Virus record (IMG/VR): IMGVR_UViG_3300020473_000010
Coordinates: 1-64,000 of that record
DNA: 64,000 nt
Reading direction: 5' to 3' (one strand)
The notes under the pieces are model-generated. The model was not told the DNA's origin and did not search any database. It saw only the letters and a program-made list of their open reading frames with translations. Shown here in pieces: positions 38,683-48,533 of this stretch; positions within the stretch are counted from its first letter, which is position 1; each line of letters opens with the position of its first letter. Made by a program: the position numbers and the translations under genes.

Positions 38683-39186
38683 TTAACATTTCTTTTTAAG
38701 GTTTTTGATTCCATCTGGATGCCAAATGCACCCTGATGCAACATCCCAACTATAATACCAAAAATGTCTTTGGCGTTTTGAAGGAAGGTATGGGCATATT
38801 TCTATTCCTGCATATTTTTTCGAAACCAAGTTCCAATCGATTACTAACTCAAATTTTCCTTTTCTTCCATATTCAGTTTCAAATTGGTCAAATTCTGAAT
38901 CATTAGTAATAAATAATATTTTCTCTTCATTGAGAAATACTTCGTAAACAGAATCATATCCTCTGTGACTATAGCCTCCAAGTTCAATATTACAAAATTC
39001 TTGCCATACATTTCCGCAGTCATACCATAAGCCTGTGGGTTTTTTAGGGCCTATTTGATCAGATGCCGATGGTTGTGATTGTGGCTGCAACAATTTTAAG
39101 ATTTCATCGTCTCGAGAATGATGAAGTCTTTGAACTTGGATTCCTTCCAACAAAACGGTTCTTATATATTGTCTTAATTGTTTCAT
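38683..39186 (-). CDS. Leader-bearing conserved phage protein
   Basis: MKQLRQYIRTVLLE; KPTGLWY...YAGIEI...WDVASGCIW. Confidence 0.65.
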   Translation of the reverse strand: MKQLRQYIRTVLLEGIQVQRLHHSRDDEILKLLQPQSQPSASDQIGPKKPTGLWYDCGNVWQEFCNIELGGYSHRGYDSVYEVFLNEEKILFITNDSEFDQFETEYGRKGKFELVIDWNLVSKKYAGIEICPYLPSKRQRHFWYYSWDVASGCIWHPDGIKNLKKKC

Positions 39187-39198
39187 AAACTTTTCTCT

Positions 39199-40317
39199 TT
39201 AATATCTTTCTTTTTTGAAGATGTTAAGAAGAAATTTAACATCATTTTTATTTTGGGGATTAATAACTTTTTGAGAATTGTCTCCCATATAACTGTTTTC
39301 TAAAAGATATATTGGTTTTTTAATAGATCCATCTTTTAAAGCTTTTTCGAAAAAGTTTTTTGCTCTATAGACATCAGCAATATACCATGCTGAAATTTTC
39401 CAGTTATCTAATATTACCTCTTCTAAACCTGTAGCTTCTCGATCTTTAATATCTTTTTCGTTTAGAGCAACTGCATTAGCTCTTATCTTAAAATAATTTT
39501 CTATTTCTTTTGTAGATTTTCCTTTTCTTTCCATTTTGCGTTTTATCCATTTTTTCTTTTTTTCTGGAAATTTTGTACTAGATACTGCTGTCATAGCCGC
39601 TCTTTTAGGAAGGCCTGAAGATTTATAATATTCTCTTGCTTTATCTGAGGCCATTCTTTGGGTTTGACTAGCTAAATCTGTAAAAGCTGCAAATATTGGC
39701 CAACCCTCAATTAAAAATCCCCACCCTTTAGACATCATAGATTGGCTTCCCACAAGAGGGTTTCCAGACGGGGTATACGTAGCTGAAACGGAAATCGCGT
39801 TTTTTTGTGGGGTTTCTTGAGCTTCAATCCATTGTGATTTTAAAGGTTTGGTGATTTTAATCCCGAAAGATCCCATTGCTCGGGCGGCGGATTTATAGGT
39901 AACATCATGAGTATATGTCATTTTATTAGATTTGAAGAAATCTATATCAGCTTTTTCTTGCCATAATCTCATCATCGCTCGTTCAATATCAATTTCTTTT
40001 AAAGTTTGTCCGTGTTTTACTCTTCTTTCAGATGGGTGTCGATTATCGTAATGTTCCGGATTTTCATCGGTATAAGGAGGCTTTTTTTCATCTTTTGTTA
40101 CTTGATAAATCACTTCTATATCGCGCCAATCTTGTTCATGTTCTTGGGTTTCTTCGTTCCAGTAATATCCATAATGAGGTTCTATAGATGTTTCAGTAGG
40201 AATATTTTCTTGGACAGAAACCCAGTCACCCCAAAGGTCTTCAGCTGCTGATAGAAATTCAGGATCTGTAGTTTCTTTTAAGAGTAAAAACCTTATATAT
40301 TCTCTCAAAACTTTCAT
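39199..40317 (-). CDS. Leader-bearing protein, EEVILDNW family
   Basis: MKVLREYIRFLLLKE; family motifs. Confidence 0.65.
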   Translation of the reverse strand: MKVLREYIRFLLLKETTDPEFLSAAEDLWGDWVSVQENIPTETSIEPHYGYYWNEETQEHEQDWRDIEVIYQVTKDEKKPPYTDENPEHYDNRHPSERRVKHGQTLKEIDIERAMMRLWQEKADIDFFKSNKMTYTHDVTYKSAARAMGSFGIKITKPLKSQWIEAQETPQKNAISVSATYTPSGNPLVGSQSMMSKGWGFLIEGWPIFAAFTDLASQTQRMASDKAREYYKSSGLPKRAAMTAVSSTKFPEKKKKWIKRKMERKGKSTKEIENYFKIRANAVALNEKDIKDREATGLEEVILDNWKISAWYIADVYRAKNFFEKALKDGSIKKPIYLLENSYMGDNSQKVINPQNKNDVKFLLNIFKKERY

Positions 40318-41502
40318 TTAGTTTCTTCCTTGAAAAAAATCTCTAACAGCCCAATGAGGTCCTTCATAATCTTCAGCAAAAGATTCTGGATCTAACCCTA
40401 ATTCACTTGCATATTCTAAAAATTCATTATGATTATCCATCATTGCATAGAAGTCTGAATCTGCATAATCTGTATTATAAGAAACATTTAGATCTGCTGC
40501 AACGTTTTCGCTTGGCGGGTAATCATCATATAAGTCGGCTTCACTATTTATTTTATGGTCATACCATTCTTCTCTTAAAGTTTGAATAATATCTTCATAT
40601 GGTTCACCATAATCTTCTTCTATTTCTTCTTCGTTATCTGCCATATATCCTTCTAGATCATTTAAGATCTCATCTGGATCTAGAGTTTCCCATTCTCCAT
40701 TATCCATTACTTTTCCAAATTCATGCCATTCTTGGTAGTTGTTAATAAACCAATCCATAAATAATTGTTTCATTGCGTTTTTTATTCCATCAGATGCTCT
40801 TTGTCCCTGAAGTAAACAATCATCATCTTCAAATTCTGTTATTTGAATATCTTCGTCATCTAAATATCTTTTATCAATATCATTACGAGCTGTTGCGTAT
40901 TTATTCCAAACATGGCGGGCTGATGAGGAAACAGAAGATCTATCTGAAGTTAATCCCTCTGGAGCAATAGACATTATCATGTCATATAAGGTTGGTCCTA
41001 AGCCATCATCTGCGGCGGATCTTATAACTTCCCAAGCACCGTTGCAGTTCCCGTATCTTCCCGGGGTTCTTATTCGCATCACAGCTTTTGTTGTTTCAGT
41101 AATTGCAGAAGAGATAAGATCTGATGATGCTTCAAATAATTCGGATTCTAAATCTGTATCAGCATCTATATCTTTTTCTATAAAACGTGCGTCGGTTTCT
41201 AATATTTGTTTTGCAAGTTGAGCATCATAAAGAACAAAATCTATTTCAGTTGATTCCGGAATTTCCATTCCTTCTCCATAAAACGTTGTCCAAATAGCAA
41301 ATTTTGAGGAAACAGAGGATGGATTTATCATTGCTTCAAATAAAATTTTGTGAATATATATTCGTAAATTTTCTATTTGAAGATCTTTAGAATTTAATGG
41401 TACTTCTTTTTCTCCAACTTCATCAAAAGTCATATCAAACGGATTTTCTTTAATAGCCACTTTCAGTCTCCAGTTCCCATGGTCCCCAATGTTCAGTTTC
41501 AT
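40318..41502 (-). CDS. GNAT-like protein with internal leader and acidic tail
   Basis: IENLRIYIHKILFE; DGLGPTLY...DRSSVSSSARHVW; paralogous to 32611. Confidence 0.55.
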   Translation of the reverse strand: MKLNIGDHGNWRLKVAIKENPFDMTFDEVGEKEVPLNSKDLQIENLRIYIHKILFEAMINPSSVSSKFAIWTTFYGEGMEIPESTEIDFVLYDAQLAKQILETDARFIEKDIDADTDLESELFEASSDLISSAITETTKAVMRIRTPGRYGNCNGAWEVIRSAADDGLGPTLYDMIMSIAPEGLTSDRSSVSSSARHVWNKYATARNDIDKRYLDDEDIQITEFEDDDCLLQGQRASDGIKNAMKQLFMDWFINNYQEWHEFGKVMDNGEWETLDPDEILNDLEGYMADNEEEIEEDYGEPYEDIIQTLREEWYDHKINSEADLYDDYPPSENVAADLNVSYNTDYADSDFYAMMDNHNEFLEYASELGLDPESFAEDYEGPHWAVRDFFQGRN

Positions 41503-41821
41503 TTATCCAATGTAACAGGTCATCATAACTATATTCATAAACCTGTGGTTGTCTTTCTTTCCAGCCATCTTTGCTCTCAACAAATGTTTGCTCAATTTTA
41601 CCTAAAGTATAATATAAAAATTTAGGGTATACGATATTTCTCCCATTGGAATAATCGTGTACCATATCTGAAGCTTTGTGAATTAAGAAAGCATGCCCAA
41701 AAGGTGTGCTTTCTAATTCACCTTGCCCAATAACTTCAGCATGGACAAGAATCCATTCACCAGATCGGCCATGGTCCATCATATATTTTCCAGCTATTTC
41801 ATAGCAATCTCCAAGCATCAA
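41450..41821 (-). CDS. Small Cys/His protein, possible transglutaminase/papain-like fold
   Basis: GDCYEIA...LVHA...GHAF. Confidence 0.5.
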   Translation of the reverse strand: MMLGDCYEIAGKYMMDHGRSGEWILVHAEVIGQGELESTPFGHAFLIHKASDMVHDYSNGRNIVYPKFLYYTLGKIEQTFVESKDGWKERQPQVYEYSYDDLLHWINETEHWGPWELETESGY

Positions 41822-42363
41822 ATATCTTCCTCTGTTAATACCTGCCTAATATATCTCCGGAGATTTTCCATAGCCGGTTCTCTTGTTTTCAACCACCCTG
41901 CTTTTCCTGAACCTCTTGGAGGCGATGATAGAAATTTATATGTTTCTTCATCTGTTATCCACAAAAGTTCCGGATGGTCTTTTGTGTTAAGGTGATTGTT
42001 AAAATTATCAGAAGCTACTGACATTTCCCCATCCCCTCTTTGATCTTTTGCCAACATTATAAGATCGTCTAATCTTCCCCAATTTTTATCTTTTGTCATA
42101 TCATATTTGCTAGCAAATCTTTTATACAATTCAGGACTATGTTTATCTTTTCCAAATATTTGAATCAATCTGTTTTTAATGTCTTCTATTTCTATTTCCG
42201 GAATAGCTGAAGCTTGTTCTATTTCAGTATTTTTCTTTCGTTTCTCTGCTTGGGTCTGGTGCTTTTTATCAATTTCAGCATCAAAGTCTTCTATTTCTTT
42301 TTCAGCAGCTTTTTTTGCAGCATCTAAATCTTCAAAAATAATGTGTTTAAGGTATTTTCTCAT
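41818..42363 (-). CDS. Hypothetical protein with N- and C-terminal leader-like helices
   Basis: MRKYLKHIIFE ... ENLRRYIRQVLTEE. Confidence 0.6.
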   Translation of the reverse strand: MRKYLKHIIFEDLDAAKKAAEKEIEDFDAEIDKKHQTQAEKRKKNTEIEQASAIPEIEIEDIKNRLIQIFGKDKHSPELYKRFASKYDMTKDKNWGRLDDLIMLAKDQRGDGEMSVASDNFNNHLNTKDHPELLWITDEETYKFLSSPPRGSGKAGWLKTREPAMENLRRYIRQVLTEEDI

Positions 42364-43107
42364 TTATTCTTCATCCCTATATTCTAAAGGCCAGTCTTGA
42401 TCAGGCCAGCGAGTCATAAGATAGAATTGGTATACTTCTCGTATCCGATTCATAAAAGAGACCATCTCTTCTTGAGTGTATCCGAAATGGAGACCTGTAG
42501 CATAAATATTGTTTAATTCTCTATCTATTAAATCTGCAGCGGGAATTCCTTCTCTTTTTGACTGTAAAACCCAATCAGCTACATGGGCTGGAGTTTCAGA
42601 TTGGTTAATATAGTATTTTTCAGCATTCTCTAGTGATATCCAAATATCTTCTTCGGACTTAATGGTTTCCCTAACACTCATAAGGTGTTCAGTTGGTTGC
42701 CCAGAATGTTCTAATTCATGGCGAATACTTCCTTCATATTTTATTTCAAAACGCTTAAGCTCTTCTTCTGTATAGTCGGACGGCATTTTAAGATATATAA
42801 TTAAATCGGAATTTTTCCTTTGTTCGTCTGTAGCATCTAAATCAAATTCATAAGCAGCGTGAGTATTAAAAGTATTTGAATCTTCTACAGAAACTATAAT
42901 ATCTCTCAGCCAAATAAGTTTTTTCGGTTTTTCGAAATCAATTCGAAATTTAATTGACTTTCTTTGTACAAATGCCTGCTTAAGACCGTTATCAAGTAAA
43001 GCGCTGGTGATTTCCTTTGCAATTTTTTTTGCGGCTCTTTCTAAATTTCTTCCAGAAAGAGATTTTTCTAATAATAAAGTTTTTATATATTTTCTAAGGA
43101 GTTCCAT
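42364..43107 (-). CDS. Leader-bearing HExxH protein
   Basis: MELLRKYIKTLLLE; IRHELEHSGQ. Confidence 0.65.
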   Translation of the reverse strand: MELLRKYIKTLLLEKSLSGRNLERAAKKIAKEITSALLDNGLKQAFVQRKSIKFRIDFEKPKKLIWLRDIIVSVEDSNTFNTHAAYEFDLDATDEQRKNSDLIIYLKMPSDYTEEELKRFEIKYEGSIRHELEHSGQPTEHLMSVRETIKSEEDIWISLENAEKYYINQSETPAHVADWVLQSKREGIPAADLIDRELNNIYATGLHFGYTQEEMVSFMNRIREVYQFYLMTRWPDQDWPLEYRDEE

Positions 43108-43663
43108 GTCTTTCTCTCAATATCTCGTGTAGTTCTTTCATATGTTCTTTTTTGATATAACCCGGGATATAAACGTTTTTCAAAGCAGAAGAATATTTTA
43201 TAATCTGTTTAGGTGAAGGAGAATGAGAAAGATTATGGATTAAATCCGAAATTTTTACTATTCCAGATAAAGGGTTATTTAAAGTAGCTTGAAGATATTC
43301 CGGATAAGGAATTGATTTTTCGTGAGTTAAAAGCATTAATGCATCAAGTAGTTGGCTTAAAATCTCTTCATCATGTATTGAAGATTTTATCATATTAAAG
43401 GCTTCTTGTTTAGATACATTTCCAACTTTTTCTGCGTCTTCCAAGGAATCATGAAGCAGAGCTAACATTTGGGCCGGCTTATTATTTGGATAATATTTTT
43501 TCGTAATATTATAAACCCCTAATGGATGAGAAAAACCTGTTGTTCCATCTCTTCTCGTTTGCCCTAAATGTACTAATTCTGCTGTTTGTCTAACATCTTC
43601 AAGGTCTTGACGAGAAAGATATTCTTTTAATAAGGTTTTTATATATTTTCGCAAAAATGTCAT
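43094..43663 (-). CDS. Leader-bearing RelA/SpoT-type HD hydrolase (Mesh1/SAH-like)
   Basis: H.GQTRRDG...HP, ALLHDSLED, LLTH, VKISDLIHNL. Confidence 0.85.
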   Translation of the reverse strand: MTFLRKYIKTLLKEYLSRQDLEDVRQTAELVHLGQTRRDGTTGFSHPLGVYNITKKYYPNNKPAQMLALLHDSLEDAEKVGNVSKQEAFNMIKSSIHDEEILSQLLDALMLLTHEKSIPYPEYLQATLNNPLSGIVKISDLIHNLSHSPSPKQIIKYSSALKNVYIPGYIKKEHMKELHEILRERHGTP

Positions 43664-43678
43664 GATTATAACCCAGTT

Positions 43679-44416
43679 TTATAATAAAAATGTTTCCATA
43701 TTGGATCTTATAGATTCTATATTTTCTTGAAAATCTTCAAAAGACGACGAATTATCAACAAAAAAGAACGAATTTCCAAACAAAAGTTTATATGGTTCAA
43801 GGTTCTTATCCACAGAATCCCAGCTACGAGCCGCAGCGTCTGAATGGATTCTTCTTTTTCCTTTTTCACCTCTTTGCCAGTTTCTTTCAATGGAAGTTGT
43901 TTTTGGTACAGAAATATAAATCATTCCCGTATCATATCCCATATGCTTATAAACCGTATTTAACTTTGATATTTCTTTATAATTTCCCCCTGTGCCATCA
44001 ATAATAAAATCAATTCCTTGTGAACTTAATTCACTAGCTTTTTCTTTTGCTAATTTTCTAGCTCTAGCAAATAATTTCATATTTTCAGACATTGTTGGCC
44101 TTAGAGCTTCTCTTTCTGATTGAAGTTCAGTAACATCTAAACCCTCTGCTTTTCCTGCTTTTATAGCACTCATAATGTCGAAATACTTTTGGGTAAATGT
44201 ATGGATATCTAAAGAAATTCCTGCTTCTTCTAAAAACGGTTCATACCAATCGTCGGGATTTACAATTTCAAATTGGTTGATTAACCCGAGTTGTTTTAAA
44301 ACCGTGGATTTTCCTGCACCAGGTGCGCCGGCCATGAAAATAACTTTTCTTCCAGGAGAAATATCTCCAGCCATTTCCAAAATTAAATTTCTTATATATT
44401 TTCTGAGAGTAATCAT
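43679..44416 (-). CDS. Leader-bearing zeta-toxin-like P-loop kinase
   Basis: FMAGAPGAGKST, VNPDD, IIDGTG, SIERN..R. Confidence 0.8.
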   Translation of the reverse strand: MITLRKYIRNLILEMAGDISPGRKVIFMAGAPGAGKSTVLKQLGLINQFEIVNPDDWYEPFLEEAGISLDIHTFTQKYFDIMSAIKAGKAEGLDVTELQSEREALRPTMSENMKLFARARKLAKEKASELSSQGIDFIIDGTGGNYKEISKLNTVYKHMGYDTGMIYISVPKTTSIERNWQRGEKGKRRIHSDAAARSWDSVDKNLEPYKLLFGNSFFFVDNSSSFEDFQENIESIRSNMETFLL

Positions 44417-45264
44417 AGTTTTTGGAATTTCCTTTTAAGTTTTTTAATATCTTTGTCTGTGTATGTATATTCCTCGAAGTCTTCATCAACTACTTTGATG
44501 CCTTTTGCATTGAGCGCTAATACTTCTTGATGTATATCTTCAAACGGATTATATGGCCAAATTAAAGTATTCCATCGCCAATTATCGACAATCACTTCTT
44601 CTATATAAAATTGATTATATTTCCCTAAAACGGAAAGGACATCTTGTTGATCAAATAAAACCCCTTCTCCTGAAGTGTTACTCAATCCGGGTCGTTTTGG
44701 CAAACCAGATCCTTGATGACGTTGTAAATCCTTTGCTGATGCAGACCCTCGAGATTCCGAAAAAGCATCTGTAAGACCTGCCCAGGTGATTCTTCCTGAG
44801 AGGATAATACCTTTACCTTTTATGTTATAACTACTTTCTAGTATTCCATAACAAGACATTTCATCTTTATGGACTTTGTTTGGCTTGTACTTTTCAATAA
44901 AAGCAGAAACAGAAAGATCTATTTCGCCTCTTGATACATCTCCACCCATTAAATTATAATAATTTAAACTATGTACGCACTTTACTGTTTTCCAATAATC
45001 ATGGTCTGCATGTTTATTCCAGAAACCTTTCATTTCTCTTTTAAGGTTAATATATTCTGTTGCTTTCTTTTTTCCTAGTTTCTTTGTGAGTTCATCATGG
45101 TGCCAGGTACCGACACTCATGTTATCTCCGGAATCTGGATCTGGATCTTCGGGAACTGTTGTCATTTCTCCTTCTTGTCGATTCCACCTGAATTCACTAA
45201 ATGCATCTTGAAGTTCTGGAGACTCAAGTAAAAGCGCTCGAATATATTTCCGTAAGTATTTCAT
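44413..45264 (-). CDS. Leader-bearing protein, EEVIVDNW family
   Basis: MKYLRKYIRALLLE; family motifs. Confidence 0.65.
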   Translation of the reverse strand: MKYLRKYIRALLLESPELQDAFSEFRWNRQEGEMTTVPEDPDPDSGDNMSVGTWHHDELTKKLGKKKATEYINLKREMKGFWNKHADHDYWKTVKCVHSLNYYNLMGGDVSRGEIDLSVSAFIEKYKPNKVHKDEMSCYGILESSYNIKGKGIILSGRITWAGLTDAFSESRGSASAKDLQRHQGSGLPKRPGLSNTSGEGVLFDQQDVLSVLGKYNQFYIEEVIVDNWRWNTLIWPYNPFEDIHQEVLALNAKGIKVVDEDFEEYTYTDKDIKKLKRKFQKL

Positions 45265-45824
45265 TATTGCTCTTCTATTATTTTTTCAATTCCGTCGACA
45301 ACAGCTTCTTTAGAATATCCTCGAAGATAACCTTGAATCTTCATATCTTTATTAATGAAATAAAATGTTGGCCAACCACCTAAAAACCAGCCTGATGTTT
45401 CTCCATTGTTAAGAAGAGATCGATCGGATCCTAAAACTGGAGATTCTATAATTCCCCATTCTTCTAACCACCATTTGATGTCATCAGAGGTTGGAGGTTG
45501 GCCTTGTCTATTTTCTATTAAAACCGTTAAATATACTAAATCCTCTTTTTCGTAAAGCCTGTATAATTCCTCAACTTCGGAAGCTGCTTGATTACATGGG
45601 CCACACCACATTGCAGAAAAATCTAAAACAATTGGTTTTTTATAAAACTCATACAACGATTGTTTTTCATTTAAGCTATTAATTCCGGTAAAATCGCAAG
45701 CTGTGCTTTCTAAGGTGTTTTCACAATCCTCAAAGACAGGATAAAAATCTGATGGAGCGGAGTCTATAGAAGCAGTTTCAATTAAAGGCTTCGATAAAAA
45801 ACAGCTCAACAATAACCATATCAT
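45264..45824 (-). CDS. TlpA/thioredoxin-like protein, exported
   Basis: LDFSAMWCGPC, GWPTFYFI; N-terminal LLLSC. Confidence 0.85.
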   Translation of the reverse strand: MIWLLLSCFLSKPLIETASIDSAPSDFYPVFEDCENTLESTACDFTGINSLNEKQSLYEFYKKPIVLDFSAMWCGPCNQAASEVEELYRLYEKEDLVYLTVLIENRQGQPPTSDDIKWWLEEWGIIESPVLGSDRSLLNNGETSGWFLGGWPTFYFINKDMKIQGYLRGYSKEAVVDGIEKIIEEQ

Positions 45825-45893
45825 AATTGAACTCCCAACAAGTAATCATAATTATGCTCTTTTATTCAATATTCCTATTGTTTATTTGAATAC

Positions 45894-45918
45894 AAAAAAG
45901 GTGGGGATATCCCACCTT
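45894..45918 (-). terminator. Rho-independent terminator
   Basis: AAGGTGGG/CCCACCTT hairpin plus T-run. Confidence 0.75.
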
Positions 45919-45943
45919 GTATTAAAGTAAATTATGTAAGAAT

Positions 45944-46753
45944 TTAAACCATGTCGTTTTTTGTAGCAAGCCAAGAAGGAATACTCAGGTTTCCTCCTAC
46001 GTTTTTAATTTGAGATGTAGGAAGCCAGATTCTGCGACTGTCCCAAAGCAATTGAGTTCCCCCACCTTTGACTTGCAAAACTTTAGCCCCTGTAAGAGAT
46101 ACCCAGTTTTTAGAAGGTTTTCTGAGAGTTTTTTTATCTGCTTTTGGGAGAAGCAAACCTTGAAAACCAGGCTCTAGAATATGTTCAAGCTGGCGCCAGT
46201 GAAATCCAGCGACATATTTTGCCAATTCAGCCGCAGTATTAAAGTCATCATAATTATTTAGCTGTTTAGAAAATGCTGCATTAGCGCGAGGGTGAGATAA
46301 ACACTTAGGATCCCAGCGAACCTCCATTGTTTTAGGGTCTTTACCGGTTGCCCACATCCAAAGGCGTCGGCCAGTTCTAGAAAACGCGGCTGAAAAGCCT
46401 GCTCCATTTAGGTGGGATGTTTCTCCACTGACTAGTTCATCTTCTGTTTGAAGATCTCCCAAATGAGAAATAGCAGCATTTAAAATATTTATATTATTCA
46501 AAGCATTAAGAATATTTTCTTTCGAATGCTCTATTGAAAAGACAGCATTTTCAATATCTTTGTCGACGGCTGCTGAGGCATCAATGTCTTCCATATAGAA
46601 TTCTTCCAGGTCATCTTGGTTTTCAGAAGGAATATCTTGTGGCGCAGAAGTTCCTGTTGGGATATATCCTTCCATCATATATTCTGTTAATTCTGAAACA
46701 GGGATTGAAAAGGTTTCAGACGTGGTCGGGTTTTGAACTATGATTGATTTCAT
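45944..46753 (-). CDS. Hypothetical early protein
   Basis: Own promoter, RBS GGAG and terminator; NGAGFS motif. Confidence 0.65.
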   Translation of the reverse strand: MKSIIVQNPTTSETFSIPVSELTEYMMEGYIPTGTSAPQDIPSENQDDLEEFYMEDIDASAAVDKDIENAVFSIEHSKENILNALNNINILNAAISHLGDLQTEDELVSGETSHLNGAGFSAAFSRTGRRLWMWATGKDPKTMEVRWDPKCLSHPRANAAFSKQLNNYDDFNTAAELAKYVAGFHWRQLEHILEPGFQGLLLPKADKKTLRKPSKNWVSLTGAKVLQVKGGGTQLLWDSRRIWLPTSQIKNVGGNLSIPSWLATKNDMV

Positions 46754-46787
46754 TGTTTCTCCATGGTTGGTTAGTTGTTATATATAT

Positions 46788-46816
46788 AATTTAACTTATC
46801 TATAAAGTTTCTACAC
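46788..46816 (-). promoter_or_regulatory. Phage promoter
   Basis: GTGTAG-17-TAAATT. Confidence 0.6.
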
Positions 46817-47077
46817 AGGTTTTAAGATATCGTATACACAATATTTGACAATGTTTGGATATTTAATATCATAACCGGTAGTTGCATCTAAATGTGATTT
46901 TGTAATGAGGCTTTTATGAGGATGGTCAATTTCATCCCACTTATCTTTTAGAATTTGGGTCATTTCATCAAATTCTTCGTCGAGCATAATAGGTGACAAA
47001 AGTTCATAATATGCATAACTGGCCATAAGCCACCAAGAAAGTACAGAATTTGGATTTGAATAATCAGGTTTGTTCAT
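46811..47077 (-). CDS. Small protein resembling the N-terminal Ia subdomain of NAD-dependent DNA ligase
   Basis: SYAYYE..P.M.DEEFD. Confidence 0.65.
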   Translation of the reverse strand: MNKPDYSNPNSVLSWWLMASYAYYELLSPIMLDEEFDEMTQILKDKWDEIDHPHKSLITKSHLDATTGYDIKYPNIVKYCVYDILKPV

Positions 47078-47439
47078 TTTCTTTGAGCCTCTTTGATTGC
47101 GTTTATAGTACGGTTTACAATATTTTTAAATTCTCCAGTTCTGTTTACTTTTTTTCTATACAGTGGAAGATTTTCATCATTGTTTCGTAGCCTTAGAGCC
47201 ACAATCCGGATTGCATCTGAGCCCATTGGGCGGATTGACCCTGAAGTTTTATCAATACTAGTATAAACAATTATTTTTTTCGTAATGTCATATTTGTCCC
47301 ATTTTGATAGGACAAATTCCCATGATTCAATTGAATCATCGTTGTCAATTTCGAAACCCCATTTTTCCAAAACAGACAAGAGGTTTTGGGCTAGCCAAAG
47401 TCGATGTTGTATATTTTTATTGTTATATTTTGCAGGCAT
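47074..47439 (-). CDS. Conserved phage hypothetical protein
   Basis: G.DAIRIV...KVNRT. Confidence 0.6.
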   Translation of the reverse strand: MPAKYNNKNIQHRLWLAQNLLSVLEKWGFEIDNDDSIESWEFVLSKWDKYDITKKIIVYTSIDKTSGSIRPMGSDAIRIVALRLRNNDENLPLYRKKVNRTGEFKNIVNRTINAIKEAQRK

Positions 47440-47466
47440 TTTTTTCCTTGGTGAAGTTCTTTATAT

Positions 47467-47495
47467 AATATAATTTCTTTATTATTAGATTACAC
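47467..47495 (-). promoter_or_regulatory. Phage promoter
   Basis: GTGTAA-17-TATATT. Confidence 0.55.
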
Positions 47496-47499
47496 GGTT

Positions 47500-48533
47500 T
47501 TTCAGATAATATTAATATCATCGATTAAGGACATTAGCACTATGGTATATGTTTCATCATTCCAGAAAACCAGATACCCATGATGAACTTTTTTAACAAC
47601 CAAACCATATTCTTTTTCCTGGTTTAAGTTAACCCAATGGTTAGACCACATTACTAAATCACCGACTTTCATTTACTACCTCTAAATCGCGATCCCAAAT
47701 ACTGTCACTAATTCCATCAGGCCATAGAACTCTAAAAACTTGATTATGACGGGTACCCGGGATGTCCACCTTCTCGACGATGACACCTATTTCAAAGTCT
47801 TTTTCTGTGTGCATCCATGGATTATGTTTGACCCAATCTCCCCATTTGGGTTTTCTTTTTACCAAATCACCTATATTCACTTCAATACCTTGAGTAATCT
47901 TATACTAATTGGCTTAGGTTTATTAGACCCCCAATAAACGTAAAGTATTTCACCTTTAATCTCGGTAACTACCCCATGTCCTTTAGGATATTGTATGGAT
48001 CCCCATGGCGATTGTACAGATTTTACTAAATCACCTATATTTATTTTGCTAGATTTAACCCATTTCATTTAACTACCTCAAACCAAGCTCCAAGCTTATG
48101 CCAGGCGTACTCACCGGATACTGGAGTGTCATGAATATAAGGCCCATTTCTTTCTTGTTCTCTGCGAGGCATAAGGTCTCCAATAATGCACCATTGAACT
48201 AAGATAATTTTCTCCGAGGCCATGGCCCATGAAAGTTCCTCTTTAATCTGCAAGACTAGTCCTAATGTTTTGTTTTTTTGCCCGGCGGCATTATAGCATA
48301 TTAAATCACCGGGCTTCATTACAAACCTCAAAATCACCAGCACTAAAATCAGAGTATTTAGAAAACCCATCAAAATATTTTACAGGTTGCAACCAGACTA
48401 CTCTACAATGCCTCGTAAACCCATGAACATGCTGCTTTTCTGAATAGCTTTTCACAATTCCAAATTGACCAAAAAACCATTTTGCATATTTGCTCTTTGG
48501 ATTATTAAACATTACTAAATCTCCTACTTGCAT
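47500..48533 (-). repeat. Second cluster of SH3/KOW-like miniprotein genes (5)
   Basis: 48306 MQVGDLV, 48065 MKPGDLI, 47877 NIGDLV, 47659 MNIGDLV, plus unlisted gene starting at 47672 (MKVGDLVMW). Confidence 0.75.

Noticed and set aside
46811-47077. Functional DNA ligase
   Set aside because: Only 88 aa resembling subdomain Ia; no adenylation KxDG domain adjacent
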